Shown: positions 40,728 to 50,961, counted from the stretch's first letter. The stretch: DNA of 64,000 nucleotides from an uncultured Candidatus Peribacteria bacterium (GCA_964554435.1 CAZKOO010000004.1:2116-66115), one strand, 5' to 3'. The notes: generated by a model from the sequence alone, not told the origin. Numbers and translations are program-made.

Positions 40728-40925
40728 CTCGCCTTCTGTCGAAAAAAAGTATACAATCGCACTATCTTCTTTTGATTTCCCTCCCTCTGACACCCTGCTT
40801 TCTGGATATGAATCAATCCTTTGCTCTCCTCATGACGCGTCTTTTTTCTCTCTATTCTGAGCAATAGAATACTATTCTTGTTTTGTATATCCATCGCACT
40901 GGTGTGAGGGCTTCCCCTCATCCAT

Positions 40926-42476
40926 ATGATTCTCCCTCTTCTTCTTACGATTCTCGGTCTTGGTGCCGGTATTGTTATTGGTCGCTCTCTTTTCTCTGGA
41001 GCAAAAAACATCACTGCTTCTTTGCAGGAAAAAATTACTGCGAAAGAACACGAACTGCAGGATATTACCGTTAAGGCAGTAGAACTTCGTGGTCAACTCA
41101 AAGCGGAAGAAGCTGAAGCAAAAGCACAAGTAAAAGAGATGCTCTCTCAGGCTCGCATCGATGCACAAGCCATGACACAATCTATTGAAAAAGATCGTGC
41201 TCGACTTGAGGAAAAAGAGAAAAATCTTGATAAAAATGTCAAAGATGTTGAAACCCAACGCACTCAATTGCATGCAAAAGAAGAAGAGATGAAAGAGATG
41301 CATGAAGAACTGAAAAAAGCAGTCTCTGAACATCGTTCTTCTCTTGAAAAAGTCGCAAAAATGTCTACAGAAGAAGCAAAAAATGATCTTCTTGCACAAG
41401 TAGAAACTGAATTTGCAGAAGAAATTGCAAAGAAAGTAAAGTTCCTCAAAGACAAAGCAGAGGAAGAAGCGGAGAATTTCTCAAAAAATCTCATTGCAGA
41501 ATCCATTCACCGCTATGCATCCGAAGTAGCAACAGAATCCACGACGACTATTGTTGAACTCCCTTCTGATGATATTAAAGGACGCATTATCGGAAAAGAA
41601 GGACGCAATATTGTGGCATTTGAGCAAGCCACTGGTGTTGACATCATTATTGATGACACTCCAGGTGCAGTGGTCATTTCGGGGTTTGATCTCGTTCGCC
41701 GCTATGTTGCGAAACTTGCTCTCGAGCGCCTCGTGCAAGATGGACGCATTCAACCTGCAAAGATTGAAGAAGCTGTCAATAAGGTAAAGGAGGATGTATC
41801 AAAGATGATGCTTGAATTTGGAAAGAGAGCGGTAGATGAACTTGGTATTGTTGGCTACCCAACCGATCTTCTCAAGATCATTGGTCGTTTACGCTTCCGT
41901 ACCAGTTATGGACAGAACATCTTGAAGCACTCTGTCGAAATGGCTCATCTTGGTCGTATGATGGCAGAAGAAATGGGCGCAGATGTTTCGATTGTCGTAG
42001 AAGGATGTCTCCTTCACGATATTGGTAAAGCCCTTGACCATGAAGTAGTAGGAACGCATGTGCAAATTGGTACCGAAATTGCAAAGCGCTTCAAGGTACG
42101 ACCAGAAGTTGTCCACTGCATTGCGGCACACCATGAAGATATTCCGATCGAAACAGCAGAAGCATTCATCGTTGCTGCCGCGGATGCTATTTCTGGTTCA
42201 CGCCCTGGTGCACGCCGAGAATCCCTCGAAGCGTACATCAAGCGCCTCACTGAACTTGAAGCAGTGGCAAAGAGCTTTGATGGTGTGTCTCGTGCCTTCG
42301 CCATTTCTGCAGGTCGTGAAGTACGCGTATTTGTGGATACAGGAAAAGTCGATGACCTTCGTCAACTGGAACTTGCCAAGGATATTGCAAAGAAAATTGA
42401 AGCAGAACTCACCTACCCTGGCATGATCAAAGTGAATGTCATCCGCGAAAAGCGCGTGGAGGAGATGGCAAAATAG
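40926..42476 (+). CDS. rny: Ribonuclease Y
   Basis: 516 aa with an N-terminal TM, a coiled coil, a KH domain (GRIIGKEGRNI) and an HD domain (LLHDIGKA...AHHED). Confidence 0.9.
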   Translation: MILPLLLTILGLGAGIVIGRSLFSGAKNITASLQEKITAKEHELQDITVKAVELRGQLKAEEAEAKAQVKEMLSQARIDAQAMTQSIEKDRARLEEKEKNLDKNVKDVETQRTQLHAKEEEMKEMHEELKKAVSEHRSSLEKVAKMSTEEAKNDLLAQVETEFAEEIAKKVKFLKDKAEEEAENFSKNLIAESIHRYASEVATESTTTIVELPSDDIKGRIIGKEGRNIVAFEQATGVDIIIDDTPGAVVISGFDLVRRYVAKLALERLVQDGRIQPAKIEEAVNKVKEDVSKMMLEFGKRAVDELGIVGYPTDLLKIIGRLRFRTSYGQNILKHSVEMAHLGRMMAEEMGADVSIVVEGCLLHDIGKALDHEVVGTHVQIGTEIAKRFKVRPEVVHCIAAHHEDIPIETAEAFIVAAADAISGSRPGARRESLEAYIKRLTELEAVAKSFDGVSRAFAISAGREVRVFVDTGKVDDLRQLELAKDIAKKIEAELTYPGMIKVNVIREKRVEEMAK

Positions 42477-42556
42477 TTGATAGTGGGTAGTAAAGAGTGG
42501 GTAGTAAAGAGCGCTGAAAAAGTCTACTAACTACTACCAACTAACTACTACCAACT
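42474..42556. repeat. Opposed word arrays after rny
   Basis: TAGTTGATAGTGGGTAGTAAAGAGTGGGTAGTAAAGAG, then CTACTAACTACTACCAACTAACTACTACCAAC. The first unit is the rny TAG stop. Confidence 0.75.
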
Positions 42557-42681
42557 TTTCACTCAGCTCCCCTTGACTCCCCCTCTACTCTTCTCTAGAA
42601 TCTCTTCATCTTTTTAAGACTCGATTCCTCTCCTTGAGAGGGTCCGTCATTACTCTCTCATTTCTTTTTCCCATCTCTCTT

Positions 42682-43863
42682 ATGGCTGATGCAAAAAAAT
42701 TTGATCGTTCCAAGCCACACATGAACATTGGTACGATCGGTCACGTTGACCACGGTAAGACTACTCTTACTGCAGCTCTCTCTATGAACTTCTCTCCAGC
42801 GGATGAGAAGAAGGGTTACGCTGATATCGATAACGCTCCAGAAGAAAAAGCACGCGGTATCACTATCAACACTGCTCACGTTGAGTACGAGTCTGAAAAG
42901 CGTCACTACGCTCACGTTGACTGTCCTGGTCACGCTGACTACGTGAAGAACATGATTACAGGTGCTGCTCAAATGGACGCAGCAATCCTCGTTGTGTCTG
43001 CATCCGATGGTCCAATGCCACAAACTCGTGAACACATTCTCCTTGCTCGCCAAGTGAACGTTCCATACATCGTTGTGTTCATGAACAAGGTTGATATGGT
43101 GAAGGATCCTGAGCTCATTGAACTCGTTGAAATGGAAATCCGTGATCTTTTGACAAAGTACGGCTTCCCAGGAGATGCTACTCCAATTATCAAGGGTTCT
43201 GCTCTCAAGGCTGTTGAAGGAGACGCTGAAAACGTTCAGAAACTCAAAGATCTTCTCAATGCTGTTGACACCTACGTTCCAGATCCTAAGCGTGAAACAG
43301 ACAAGCCAATGCTTATGTCTGTAGAAGATGTCTTCTCCATCAAGGGACGTGGTACTGTTGCAACAGGTCGTATTGAGCAAGGTATCGTTAACGTTGGTGA
43401 TGCAGTTGAAATCGTTGGTATTCGCGACACAAAGCAGTCTGTTGTTACTGGAGTTGAAATGTTCCACAAGCTTCTCGATCAGGGTATGGCTGGTGACAAC
43501 GTTGGTCTCCTCCTCCGTGGTATTGAGCGCACAGACATTGAGCGCGGACAAGTCATTGCAAAGCCAGGTTCTATCAAGCCACACACAGACTTCGAGGCTG
43601 AAGTGTATATCCTTACAAAGGAAGAAGGTGGACGCCACACTCCTTTCTTCAAGGGTTACAAGCCACAGTTCTACATCCGCACAACTGACGTAACTGGTGC
43701 AGTAGAACTTCCAGCAGGTGTAGAAATGGTGATGCCTGGTGACAACGTAAAGTTCGTTGTTTCCCTTGGTGCTGCTGTTGCTCTCGACGAGGGTACACGC
43801 TTCGCTATCCGTGAAGGTGGTCGCACAGTTGGTGCTGGTGTTGTCACAAAGATTATTAAATAA
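42682..43863 (+). CDS. tuf: Elongation factor Tu
   Basis: 393 aa from [28 protein letters not shown]. Full EF-Tu. Confidence 0.97.
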   Translation: MADAKKFDRSKPHMNIGTIGHVDHGKTTLTAALSMNFSPADEKKGYADIDNAPEEKARGITINTAHVEYESEKRHYAHVDCPGHADYVKNMITGAAQMDAAILVVSASDGPMPQTREHILLARQVNVPYIVVFMNKVDMVKDPELIELVEMEIRDLLTKYGFPGDATPIIKGSALKAVEGDAENVQKLKDLLNAVDTYVPDPKRETDKPMLMSVEDVFSIKGRGTVATGRIEQGIVNVGDAVEIVGIRDTKQSVVTGVEMFHKLLDQGMAGDNVGLLLRGIERTDIERGQVIAKPGSIKPHTDFEAEVYILTKEEGGRHTPFFKGYKPQFYIRTTDVTGAVELPAGVEMVMPGDNVKFVVSLGAAVALDEGTRFAIREGGRTVGAGVVTKIIK

Positions 43864-43877
43864 ATGGACTAGATGGC

Positions 43878-43900
43878 GGAGGGAGGCTTGTCCTCCCTCC
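43878..43900 (+). other. Intercistronic GC hairpin between tuf and rpsJ
   Basis: GGAGGGAGG-cttgt-CCTCCCTCC, a 9-bp perfect stem with no T-run. Confidence 0.5.
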
Positions 43901-43950
43901 CCTTCTCTCCTTTTCCTCTCTTATTCGCTCTTTTTTTTACCGCATCTTGT

Positions 43951-44406
43951 ATGTCTCCTACTAAAAAAACTTCTGCAGATGAAGCAACTCCAAAGAAAGC
44001 TCCTGCTAAAAAAACTACTCCTTCAAAGAAGGTCACTTCTGAGAAGAAAGATGCGGCTCCAAAAACAAAATCTGCTGCAAGTTCTACTGAAACAGCAAAG
44101 ATTGCAGGCATTCGCATCCGTCTTTCTGCTTTTGATCATAGTGTGTTAGATGAAGCAGCGATGAAGATTATCGATACTGCTATGCGTTCTGGTGCAGTTG
44201 TACATGGCCCAACTCCCCTTCCAACAAAGATTCGTAAGTTTACAGTCAACCGCTCCACCTTCGTCCACAAGGACGCTCGTGATCAGTTTGAAATGCGCAC
44301 ACACCGTCGTTTGATTGACCTCAGTGAAACAACTTTCAAGACTGTTGACTCTCTTCAGAACCTCAGCCTTCCAAGCGGAGTAGAGATCGAAATTCGCATG
44401 AAGTAA
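43951..44406 (+). CDS. rpsJ: 30S ribosomal protein S10 with Lys/Ala/Pro-rich N-terminal extension
   Basis: The S10 core is [24 protein letters not shown]...GVEIEIRMK. The only in-frame ATG upstream of the core gives a ~53-aa basic extension. Confidence 0.85.
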   Translation: MSPTKKTSADEATPKKAPAKKTTPSKKVTSEKKDAAPKTKSAASSTETAKIAGIRIRLSAFDHSVLDEAAMKIIDTAMRSGAVVHGPTPLPTKIRKFTVNRSTFVHKDARDQFEMRTHRRLIDLSETTFKTVDSLQNLSLPSGVEIEIRMK

Positions 44407-44436
44407 GCTTTAACCCGCGAATTAATTCAGAATTTA

Positions 44437-44461
44437 CAAAAGCCCGGAAGGGCTTTTTTTA
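44437..44461 (+). terminator. Rho-independent terminator after rpsJ
   Basis: AGCCC-ggaa-GGGCT followed by TTTTTTT. Confidence 0.75.
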
Positions 44462-44965
44462 TTGACCAAAGATAAGACGAAGGTTTCTTTCAATCGCTCG
44501 TAGATGCTTTGATACTGGTGATCTATATAATTCTGAATGTGGATTTGCTACTTCACGCACAACTTCCTCTCCTGTTGGAATGGGCTCAAGAGTAAAGAAT
44601 GGGTTTGCACTTGGCTCATTGTTACCCCTTATATCATCTCCATTTTCATCAAAAAAGACTGTCATTCCTATTTTCTCATCAAATCCAGGGCCAACCTGCA
44701 CCTTGACGTCGGGCCTTAGTCCATCTGAGATGACGTGGAATACATTGTCCACTCCTACGACCTTCACAACTTTTGCCCGTGCCGCTCCTGCAATGATTGT
44801 AAGTCTTAGAGCCTGTTGTCTATCATGTTCACTTTTGATAACTAAACCAATTGTAGATCCCGCCAATAATACTAATGCAAAACCTCCTATTATCGATTTT
44901 TCTAGACTGCGTGTGCGTTCTTTGGTTTCTGAAGAATTGTCCATAGGGAGAAAAAGAGTATTCAA
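44459..44965 (-). CDS. Hypothetical N-terminally anchored protein
   Basis: 168 aa with TM IIGGFALVLLAGSTIGLVI. Loosely similar to the next ORF (NGDDIRGNNEPS versus NGDQIFNPGEPS). Confidence 0.5.
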   Translation of the reverse strand: MNTLFLPMDNSSETKERTRSLEKSIIGGFALVLLAGSTIGLVIKSEHDRQQALRLTIIAGAARAKVVKVVGVDNVFHVISDGLRPDVKVQVGPGFDEKIGMTVFFDENGDDIRGNNEPSANPFFTLEPIPTGEEVVREVANPHSELYRSPVSKHLRAIERNLRLIFGQ

Positions 44966-45020
44966 GAATAAAGGGGCAATAGAATGACCGCCCCTTTATT
45001 TTGAAATTGTATATACTAAA

Positions 45021-45656
45021 CTAAGCATCCATATCACTAAGACCTGGCTTCTGTCTTGGTATTTCTGGTAATTGCTTTATTGCTTGTTCAGGTGGGCTGT
45101 TGCGTCTTTTTTCATCCCCTAATTCAGCATCAAGTTGTTGTATTCTGGCGCCTGGATTGTTTAACGGTGATTTTGGATCAAGAAATTGGTCCTCAAATTC
45201 ATGAAATTGATCATTGCTTAGATTCTTAATAAAGTCTGCAGCACTCTGTGTATCTGTAAATTTTGTTTCACCAGATGGTTCACCTGGATTGAATATCTGG
45301 TCTCCATTTACATCTCGAAATGGAGTGACTGTACCAAGAACCATATTACTTTTTGGTGTAATATGTAAGCTTGGATTCACACCAAGATCTCTAGGGACAG
45401 TTGTGCCATCGTTTAACATAGTATAATAATTTTTTTGATTTGGTATCGCAACTGTATTCTGATTCAAAAGTTGCAATGTTGATGCTCGAACCTGTTTACT
45501 TCCTTCTTGTACTTGAGTAACTGCAGCATCTCCATTATTCTTATTGTCTATAGTACTTATTAGTGCTGCCCCACTAAGAAGTAGCACTCCTGCTGCTGAA
45601 TATCCTAATCCGTTCCTAAGTCCTGATTCTGTAGATTTTGGTGTATGAAAAGACAT
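45021..45656 (-). CDS. Hypothetical N-terminally anchored protein
   Basis: 211 aa with TM YSAAGVLLLSGAALISTI. Confidence 0.5.
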   Translation of the reverse strand: MSFHTPKSTESGLRNGLGYSAAGVLLLSGAALISTIDNKNNGDAAVTQVQEGSKQVRASTLQLLNQNTVAIPNQKNYYTMLNDGTTVPRDLGVNPSLHITPKSNMVLGTVTPFRDVNGDQIFNPGEPSGETKFTDTQSAADFIKNLSNDQFHEFEDQFLDPKSPLNNPGARIQQLDAELGDEKRRNSPPEQAIKQLPEIPRQKPGLSDMDA

Positions 45657-45761
45657 ATGATTGGGGGAGGAAAAAGCAAGTATGTGGTTATAATAATCAT
45701 TTTTATTTTTTTGTCAATTAATCTTTGATCTGTAATCTTCCATCTTTTATCTCATACTATA

Positions 45762-46451
45762 TCACCACCCCTTCGCCTTCAGTCCTTGCTTTGCAGCGTC
45801 TTGTTCAGCTTTCTGCTTGGTGTTTCCTGTTCCTTCTGCAATTTTTTCTTCACCAATGTACACTGCGCAGGTGAAGACTTTCTTATGATCGGGGCCCGAT
45901 TCATCGAGTGTTTGATAGGTGGGAGTGATGCCTGTTTTTTCCTGTGCAATTTCCTGAAATGTACTCTTCTCATCTCTGTGTCTGCCTTTTGCTAGTAGTT
46001 GCTTTAAGTGAGTAAGAATGAAGGTATGAATGAAGCGTTTTGCGCAGTCTAAGCCTTGATCGAGATACATCGCGCCAATAAGAGCTTCTACGGCATTCGC
46101 AAGGGTAGAGTCTTTCTCGCGTCCTCCGCTTGCTTCTTCGCCTCTACTTAAGAACAAATATTCTCCGATGTGTAGTTCACGCGCTACTTCGCAAAGATGA
46201 TTGCCTTGCACAAGTGCAGAACGCCAACTGGTGAGTTCTCCCTCTGGTCGATCGGTGAGCTGATACAAATACTCTGTTGTAATGAGCTGCAAGACCGCAT
46301 CTCCTAAAAACTCCAGACGCTCGTTATGCCCTCTTTTCACGCGATCGACCATGGAAGAGCGATGTGTGAGGGCTTGAAAAAGTAATTCTTTATTCCGAAA
46401 TTTTATGCCAATTTTCTGCTCAAGTGGAGCCAAAGAAAGTGGATTTGTCAT
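45762..46451 (-). CDS. rnc: Ribonuclease III
   Basis: 229 aa with the NERLEFLGDAVL signature and a C-terminal dsRBD. Confidence 0.9.
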   Translation of the reverse strand: MTNPLSLAPLEQKIGIKFRNKELLFQALTHRSSMVDRVKRGHNERLEFLGDAVLQLITTEYLYQLTDRPEGELTSWRSALVQGNHLCEVARELHIGEYLFLSRGEEASGGREKDSTLANAVEALIGAMYLDQGLDCAKRFIHTFILTHLKQLLAKGRHRDEKSTFQEIAQEKTGITPTYQTLDESGPDHKKVFTCAVYIGEEKIAEGTGNTKQKAEQDAAKQGLKAKGW

Positions 46452-46873
46452 GCAGGGGAAGAGGAAGTTCGAACAGCTTTTGCAAGTGCATTGAGCACTC
46501 CATTTACAAATTTTTGACTCTCTTCTGGCCCAAATTCTTTTGCGATATCAATCGCCTCATTCATAATGACTGCAGATGGCGTATCGGAGCAATACAAAAG
46601 CTCATGCGCTGCAATCAGTAAGATAGATCGAGTCATGGTATCCATGCGACTGAGTGGCCATTCTGGTGCATATTTCTCTACTGCTGCACAAATTTCTTCT
46701 TTATGATCTACCACTCCACACACAAGTGTTTCTGTTAATTCTCTATCCACTTCACTCTCTTCATATTCCTCTCTATTTTTTTCCATCGCAACGAGTGGAT
46801 CGATGGTCCTGCATTCCGATTCAAAGATGGTCTGCATTGCGATGATACGAGCAACTCTTCTGCGTGAAGCCAT
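46448..46873 (-). CDS. nusB: Transcription antitermination factor NusB
   Basis: 141 aa with an RRRVARIIAMQTIF start and a NusB-like helical core. A 4-nt overlap joins it to rnc. Confidence 0.8.
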   Translation of the reverse strand: MASRRRVARIIAMQTIFESECRTIDPLVAMEKNREEYEESEVDRELTETLVCGVVDHKEEICAAVEKYAPEWPLSRMDTMTRSILLIAAHELLYCSDTPSAVIMNEAIDIAKEFGPEESQKFVNGVLNALAKAVRTSSSPA

Positions 46874-46936
46874 ACAAAAAATAAGGGAAAAAACCTCTCC
46901 TATTATTCATGGAAGTATGTACGATAGCAAGGCTCT

Positions 46937-47122
46937 CTAGGCTTGAATCTTTGTAATCTTCTTCAGAGCCTTTGTTGCTTTGCTCTTCAACGCAACAGGA
47001 CCAGCATAGGGAGATGCTGACAATTCTGTCAAACGCTTGACTTCTTCTTGAAGATACACAGAATGACGACGATTGCTTCTATCTTTACTGAGCCGCTTTT
47101 TGGGGGTGGGTTTCTTAGCCAT
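46937..47122 (-). CDS. Small basic protein, possibly S20-like
   Basis: 61 aa. KKRLSKDRSNRRHSV resembles the S20 N-terminus, but the ORF is shorter than typical S20. Confidence 0.35.
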   Translation of the reverse strand: MAKKPTPKKRLSKDRSNRRHSVYLQEEVKRLTELSASPYAGPVALKSKATKALKKITKIQA

Positions 47123-47166
47123 ACGATGGGGAGAGTGTAGAGAAGAGGAAAGGGAGAGTCAAGAGC

Positions 47167-47227
47167 AACTAGCGACGAGCGAGTAGCGTTTCGTTGGTAG
47201 TTGATAGTGGGTAGTTGTTCGTTATTA
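47167..47227. repeat. Word array
   Basis: CAACTAGCGACGAGCGAGTAGCGTTTCGTTGGTAGTTGATAGTGGGTAGTTGTTCGTTATT. Confidence 0.65.
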
Positions 47228-47255
47228 CAGAGAGGCTTTTCTAGCCGCGATTGGT

Positions 47256-47942
47256 TTACCTTCTTCTGCCCGATGTCGCAAGCATAAAGCGCACGACGTA
47301 GAGGAAAAGATTGAATAAATCGAGGTAGACTGTGAGCGCAAGAAGGAATGGAGAATCGCCCGATCGGCGCAAGACTCTTTGGAAGTCGATGGCTGTATAG
47401 ACTGAAAATATCACAATTCCAATGCCCGATGCCATCACCTCTACAACCCCTCCACGAAGAGATGGAATAAACATCTGTAGTACGCCAAAAATAATCAATC
47501 CTAAGAGTCCTTGAAAGGCAATCCAGCCGTAGGACTGACTCAAATCAGTCTTGGCTTGAGAAGCAATGACTCCAGATGCCAGTGACAGTAAGGCTGTTGC
47601 AATGCTCGCATTGAGGAGAATGGTGGCTCCATTCACGTATTGATAGGATACAGAGAGAAGGAATGGCGTAAGGGAAATGCCAGAAAAGAGAGGAAAGAGT
47701 GCAAATAAGATGATATTGAGCGGTGAGCGGTGCATCCATGCTGGAGCACTCAGAATAAGCGCAATTTCAGCAATCAGTAGAATCATCATCCATCCTGTCG
47801 TGAGGAGATAAGGAGCGAATAATGCGCCGAGAACAACACCAACGCCTGTCAGAAAAAACGCAAGCGCAAGCAAAAAATAGACTGTTGCCATGGCACCTTT
47901 CGTGCGTGGCGTTACGTCGATGATGGTAGAAGAAGTATTCAT
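47256..47942 (-). CDS. Bax inhibitor-1/YccA family membrane protein
   Basis: 7-TM pattern ending in YLDLFNLFLYVVRFM, typical of BI-1. Confidence 0.8.
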   Translation of the reverse strand: MNTSSTIIDVTPRTKGAMATVYFLLALAFFLTGVGVVLGALFAPYLLTTGWMMILLIAEIALILSAPAWMHRSPLNIILFALFPLFSGISLTPFLLSVSYQYVNGATILLNASIATALLSLASGVIASQAKTDLSQSYGWIAFQGLLGLIIFGVLQMFIPSLRGGVVEVMASGIGIVIFSVYTAIDFQRVLRRSGDSPFLLALTVYLDLFNLFLYVVRFMLATSGRRR

Positions 47943-48008
47943 AGGAAAAATGATAGGACGTTTTGTGGAAAATACAAGTTGTTTCATCATCATTTTTCTG
48001 CTATAATA

Positions 48009-48866
48009 ATGAGATTTATGCGCATTCTTCGCGTTTGCCAGTGGCTTCTAATTCTTTCTCTGTTCATTCTCATGCCAGACAGCGTTCTGGCAGGGCCAGG
48101 TGCTATTGCCTTTCGCGACTTCGTGCAAAATCGCATCATTAGTCAAGCTTTAACAGCATTTTATGGCATTACCGCTGTGGGAGTGTTCTATCTTGGGCTC
48201 AAAACTATCGTTGAGTCAGATAAAGAAGACTCCTATTCAACGCTCAATAATGCCACTCTTACCATGTTTATTGGGTTTGGCATCATTGCAACAGCATCCA
48301 TTTTTGCCAACACGTTCACAAGCAGTGGATTTAGTTCAGATGTTGTGTCGAGCATCAATCTGTCTGGCTTAACAGGTTCCATTTATGATGTTGGTCGATT
48401 CTTACGAAACCTTTCATTTGCACTGTTTGTACTGATGATTACGCTTGCAGGCGTGCAAATTGTGTCCAATCCGGGAGATGAAGGCACTGTCAGTTCTCAG
48501 AAAAAAATTCTTACTGGAAGTTGTATTGGTGTGATGATCATGCTCATTGCACAAGCCATTGTGACAAGCGTGAGCTCTACAAGCCCCAATGCCATTCTCA
48601 CCGAACTCGCGGGCATTGCGCAATTTACACTGACATTTATCGGCTTTCTTGCTGGTGCTGCCCTTATTCTTGCGAGCATCTTTCTTATTGTTTCCATCGA
48701 TGAAGGACTTCAAGGAAAAGCCAAAACCATCATCATTGAGACACTCATTGCACTCCTTGTTACCATTGTTTGTTACGGTATCATCCGAACATTTGTGCCA
48801 GAAAATACATTTGTCACATTCCTGATGCACACAATTGCACAACATCCTACCACTCTCTGTACATGA
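48009..48866 (+). CDS. Polytopic protein built of three VirB2/TrbC-like (T4SS pilin-like) modules
   Basis: Signal peptide followed by three TM-loop-TM units with acidic turns (VESDKED, SNPGDEG, VSIDEG), each followed by a K-containing helix and a second TM. Confidence 0.5.
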   Translation: MRFMRILRVCQWLLILSLFILMPDSVLAGPGAIAFRDFVQNRIISQALTAFYGITAVGVFYLGLKTIVESDKEDSYSTLNNATLTMFIGFGIIATASIFANTFTSSGFSSDVVSSINLSGLTGSIYDVGRFLRNLSFALFVLMITLAGVQIVSNPGDEGTVSSQKKILTGSCIGVMIMLIAQAIVTSVSSTSPNAILTELAGIAQFTLTFIGFLAGAALILASIFLIVSIDEGLQGKAKTIIIETLIALLVTIVCYGIIRTFVPENTFVTFLMHTIAQHPTTLCT

Positions 48867-49669
48867 CTTCTTTTGTGATACTTCTTGGCTTTTTCAGTAC
48901 TTTCCTTGTGCCATTTTCTGTGAGCGCAAATGGTACTGACATCTCCAACATTGCAACGGGATTTATTACAACGCTCCTTCCTATTTGGATTCCTGTTGCA
49001 GTCATTGCTATTGTGATTGCAGGGTTTACACTGTCCATTTCGCGCGAAGAAGGCGCAATGGATAAAGCACGCAGTCAAATTATTCTTGTCGTGATAGGGG
49101 GCATGATCATCACCGTTCTTCTCACAATTGGGCCAACAACATTTATCGGAAAATTTTACAATGGAACAATCAATAATACAAATGCCATTCTTTCTGCACC
49201 AAATTTCATCGAATTTGAAACAATTGGTATTGCAGAGTGGATTATTACGATCATTGCTGCCATTGGCATTCTCATGATCATCCTCTCTCTTTTAGAAGCT
49301 GTCACAAGCCTTGGCGATGAAGGTGCATACACAAAAGTGCGCACTGCTGTCCTCAATGTGACCATTGGACTCATGATCATTGTTGCTGCAAAAGTCATTC
49401 GTACGACCTTCTTCCCACTCAATGGAGGTGTTGCCAATCCTGCGCCACTCATGCTCTATGTCATGGGAAAAATAACAATCATCCTCAATTTTATTCTTGT
49501 GATTGCCGTTGCCATTATTATTTACGCTGGCTTTCGCATGGTTGCAAGTTTTGGCAATGAAGATGATTACAATAACGCAAAATCCCTTGTCTTTCGTGTA
49601 CTGACGGGCATTCTTGTACTGCTTGTTAGCTACTCATTGGTACAGATTGTCATCCGTATTTTTTCATAG
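48863..49669 (+). CDS. Paralogous triple pilin-like module protein
   Basis: An ATGA overlap joins it to the previous gene. Modules: IAGFTLSISREEGAMDKARSQI, LEAVTSLGDEGAYTKVRTAV and YAGFRMVASFGNEDDYNNAKSLV. Confidence 0.5.
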   Translation: MTSFVILLGFFSTFLVPFSVSANGTDISNIATGFITTLLPIWIPVAVIAIVIAGFTLSISREEGAMDKARSQIILVVIGGMIITVLLTIGPTTFIGKFYNGTINNTNAILSAPNFIEFETIGIAEWIITIIAAIGILMIILSLLEAVTSLGDEGAYTKVRTAVLNVTIGLMIIVAAKVIRTTFFPLNGGVANPAPLMLYVMGKITIILNFILVIAVAIIIYAGFRMVASFGNEDDYNNAKSLVFRVLTGILVLLVSYSLVQIVIRIFS

Positions 49670-50039
49670 AATATCACCTGAAAATCGTACCTCTTCGTGA
49701 TGTACCTGATGATGCTAGGATGTATGGATCATTCATGATGTCATTCTTTTTCTTGTGTCAGCGTCTTAGAACTCTATTCTTGTTTCTTACTCATTGTTCT
49801 ATGCTATACTTCCATTTGTATGTTCTCATTTTGGAAAAAAAAGGAAGAAAAAAAAGACAATCAATTTATGAAAAAAATGATTGTTGGCTTTATTATTGGT
49901 GGAGCTATTAGCTCTATTGTTGGGAAAAAAGTGCTCGATGAGAGAAGAAAAAAACATTATGGAGAGAAGGAGGGCGAACTGAAGAATGAAGAATAACAAT
50001 AGGCACTACCACCCACTACTCACGTATAGCCAAAAGCCA

Positions 50040-50846
50040 ATGGCGAATAGCCCTCTCATCGTCGGCATTCTGAATATCACTCCCGATTCTTATGTTGATG
50101 GGGGAAAGTACATGAATGTTGAGATGGCTCTTTCGCATGCACAAAAAATGATAGAAGATGGCGCAACCATCATCGACATTGGCGGAGAGTCGAGCGGACC
50201 CTTGTCAAACGATATTTCTGCTGATGAAGAATGTGCACGAGTCGTTCCGGTGATCACAGCTCTCCATCACCATTTTCCGTCGATTAGACTTTCCATCGAT
50301 ACGACAAAATCTGTCGTTGCAACAGAAGCGCTTCTTGCTGGTGCGACGATGATCAATGATATTACTGCTGGACGAAGTGATCCGCATATACTCCACATTT
50401 GCGCAGAACATGGATGTGACGTTGTGCTAATGTATTCAAAAAATTCTTCTGCACGCACAACTATTGAACAAAAAAATTATACAGATATTATGGCGACTAT
50501 TCATACTTTCTTTGAAGGGAGAATAGAGGCCTGTCTACACGCTGGCATCACACGAGAGCACATCATCATCGACCCAGGGCTTGGACATTTTCTGTCGAGT
50601 GACGCTCGATATTCTTTTGAAGTACTGAACAGACTCTCTGAACTTTCTGATCTTGGGAAGATCTTTATTAGTCCTTCTCGAAAATCTTTTCTTGCAGGCA
50701 AACACAACCTCCCTCCAAGTGAACGTCTTCCTGCCACTCTTGCCGCAACAGTCATCGCCCTTCAAAATGGCGCATCGTTCATTCGCACGCATGATGTGTG
50801 GGAGACAGCAGAGGTGGTACGAGTGTGGGAGGCAATTAGCAATTAG
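50040..50846 (+). CDS. folP: Dihydropteroate synthase
   Basis: 268 aa from MANSPLIVGILNITPDSYVDGG, with IIDIGGESS and FIRTHDV motifs. Confidence 0.9.
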   Translation: MANSPLIVGILNITPDSYVDGGKYMNVEMALSHAQKMIEDGATIIDIGGESSGPLSNDISADEECARVVPVITALHHHFPSIRLSIDTTKSVVATEALLAGATMINDITAGRSDPHILHICAEHGCDVVLMYSKNSSARTTIEQKNYTDIMATIHTFFEGRIEACLHAGITREHIIIDPGLGHFLSSDARYSFEVLNRLSELSDLGKIFISPSRKSFLAGKHNLPPSERLPATLAATVIALQNGASFIRTHDVWETAEVVRVWEAISN

Positions 50847-50873
50847 CTTTTGGCTGTTGATTTTCTTGTTACT

Positions 50874-50932
50874 GCCCTCACCTTAAGCTCCCCGCAGTCG
50901 CGGGGGGAGGGGTTAGGGGTGGGGGCTGAGGG
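50874..50932. repeat. GC-hairpin element (intergenic copy)
   Basis: GCCCTCACCTTAAGCTCCCCGCAGTCGCGGGGGGAGGGGTTAGGGGTGGGGGCTGAGGG. Confidence 0.7.
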
Positions 50933-50940
50933 AAGACATT

Positions 50941-50961
50941 CTCAGGTAGATACCTGCTCCC
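50941..50961. repeat. REP hairpin copy
   Basis: CTCAGGTAGATACCTGCTCCC. Confidence 0.6.

Noticed and set aside
49868-49996. 42-aa ORF MKKMIVGFIIGGAISSIVGKK... (a small membrane peptide) between the pilin-like genes and folP.
   Set aside because: It is plausible (one TM plus a basic tail), but it is too short and lacks a well-spaced RBS. It cannot be supported from sequence alone.
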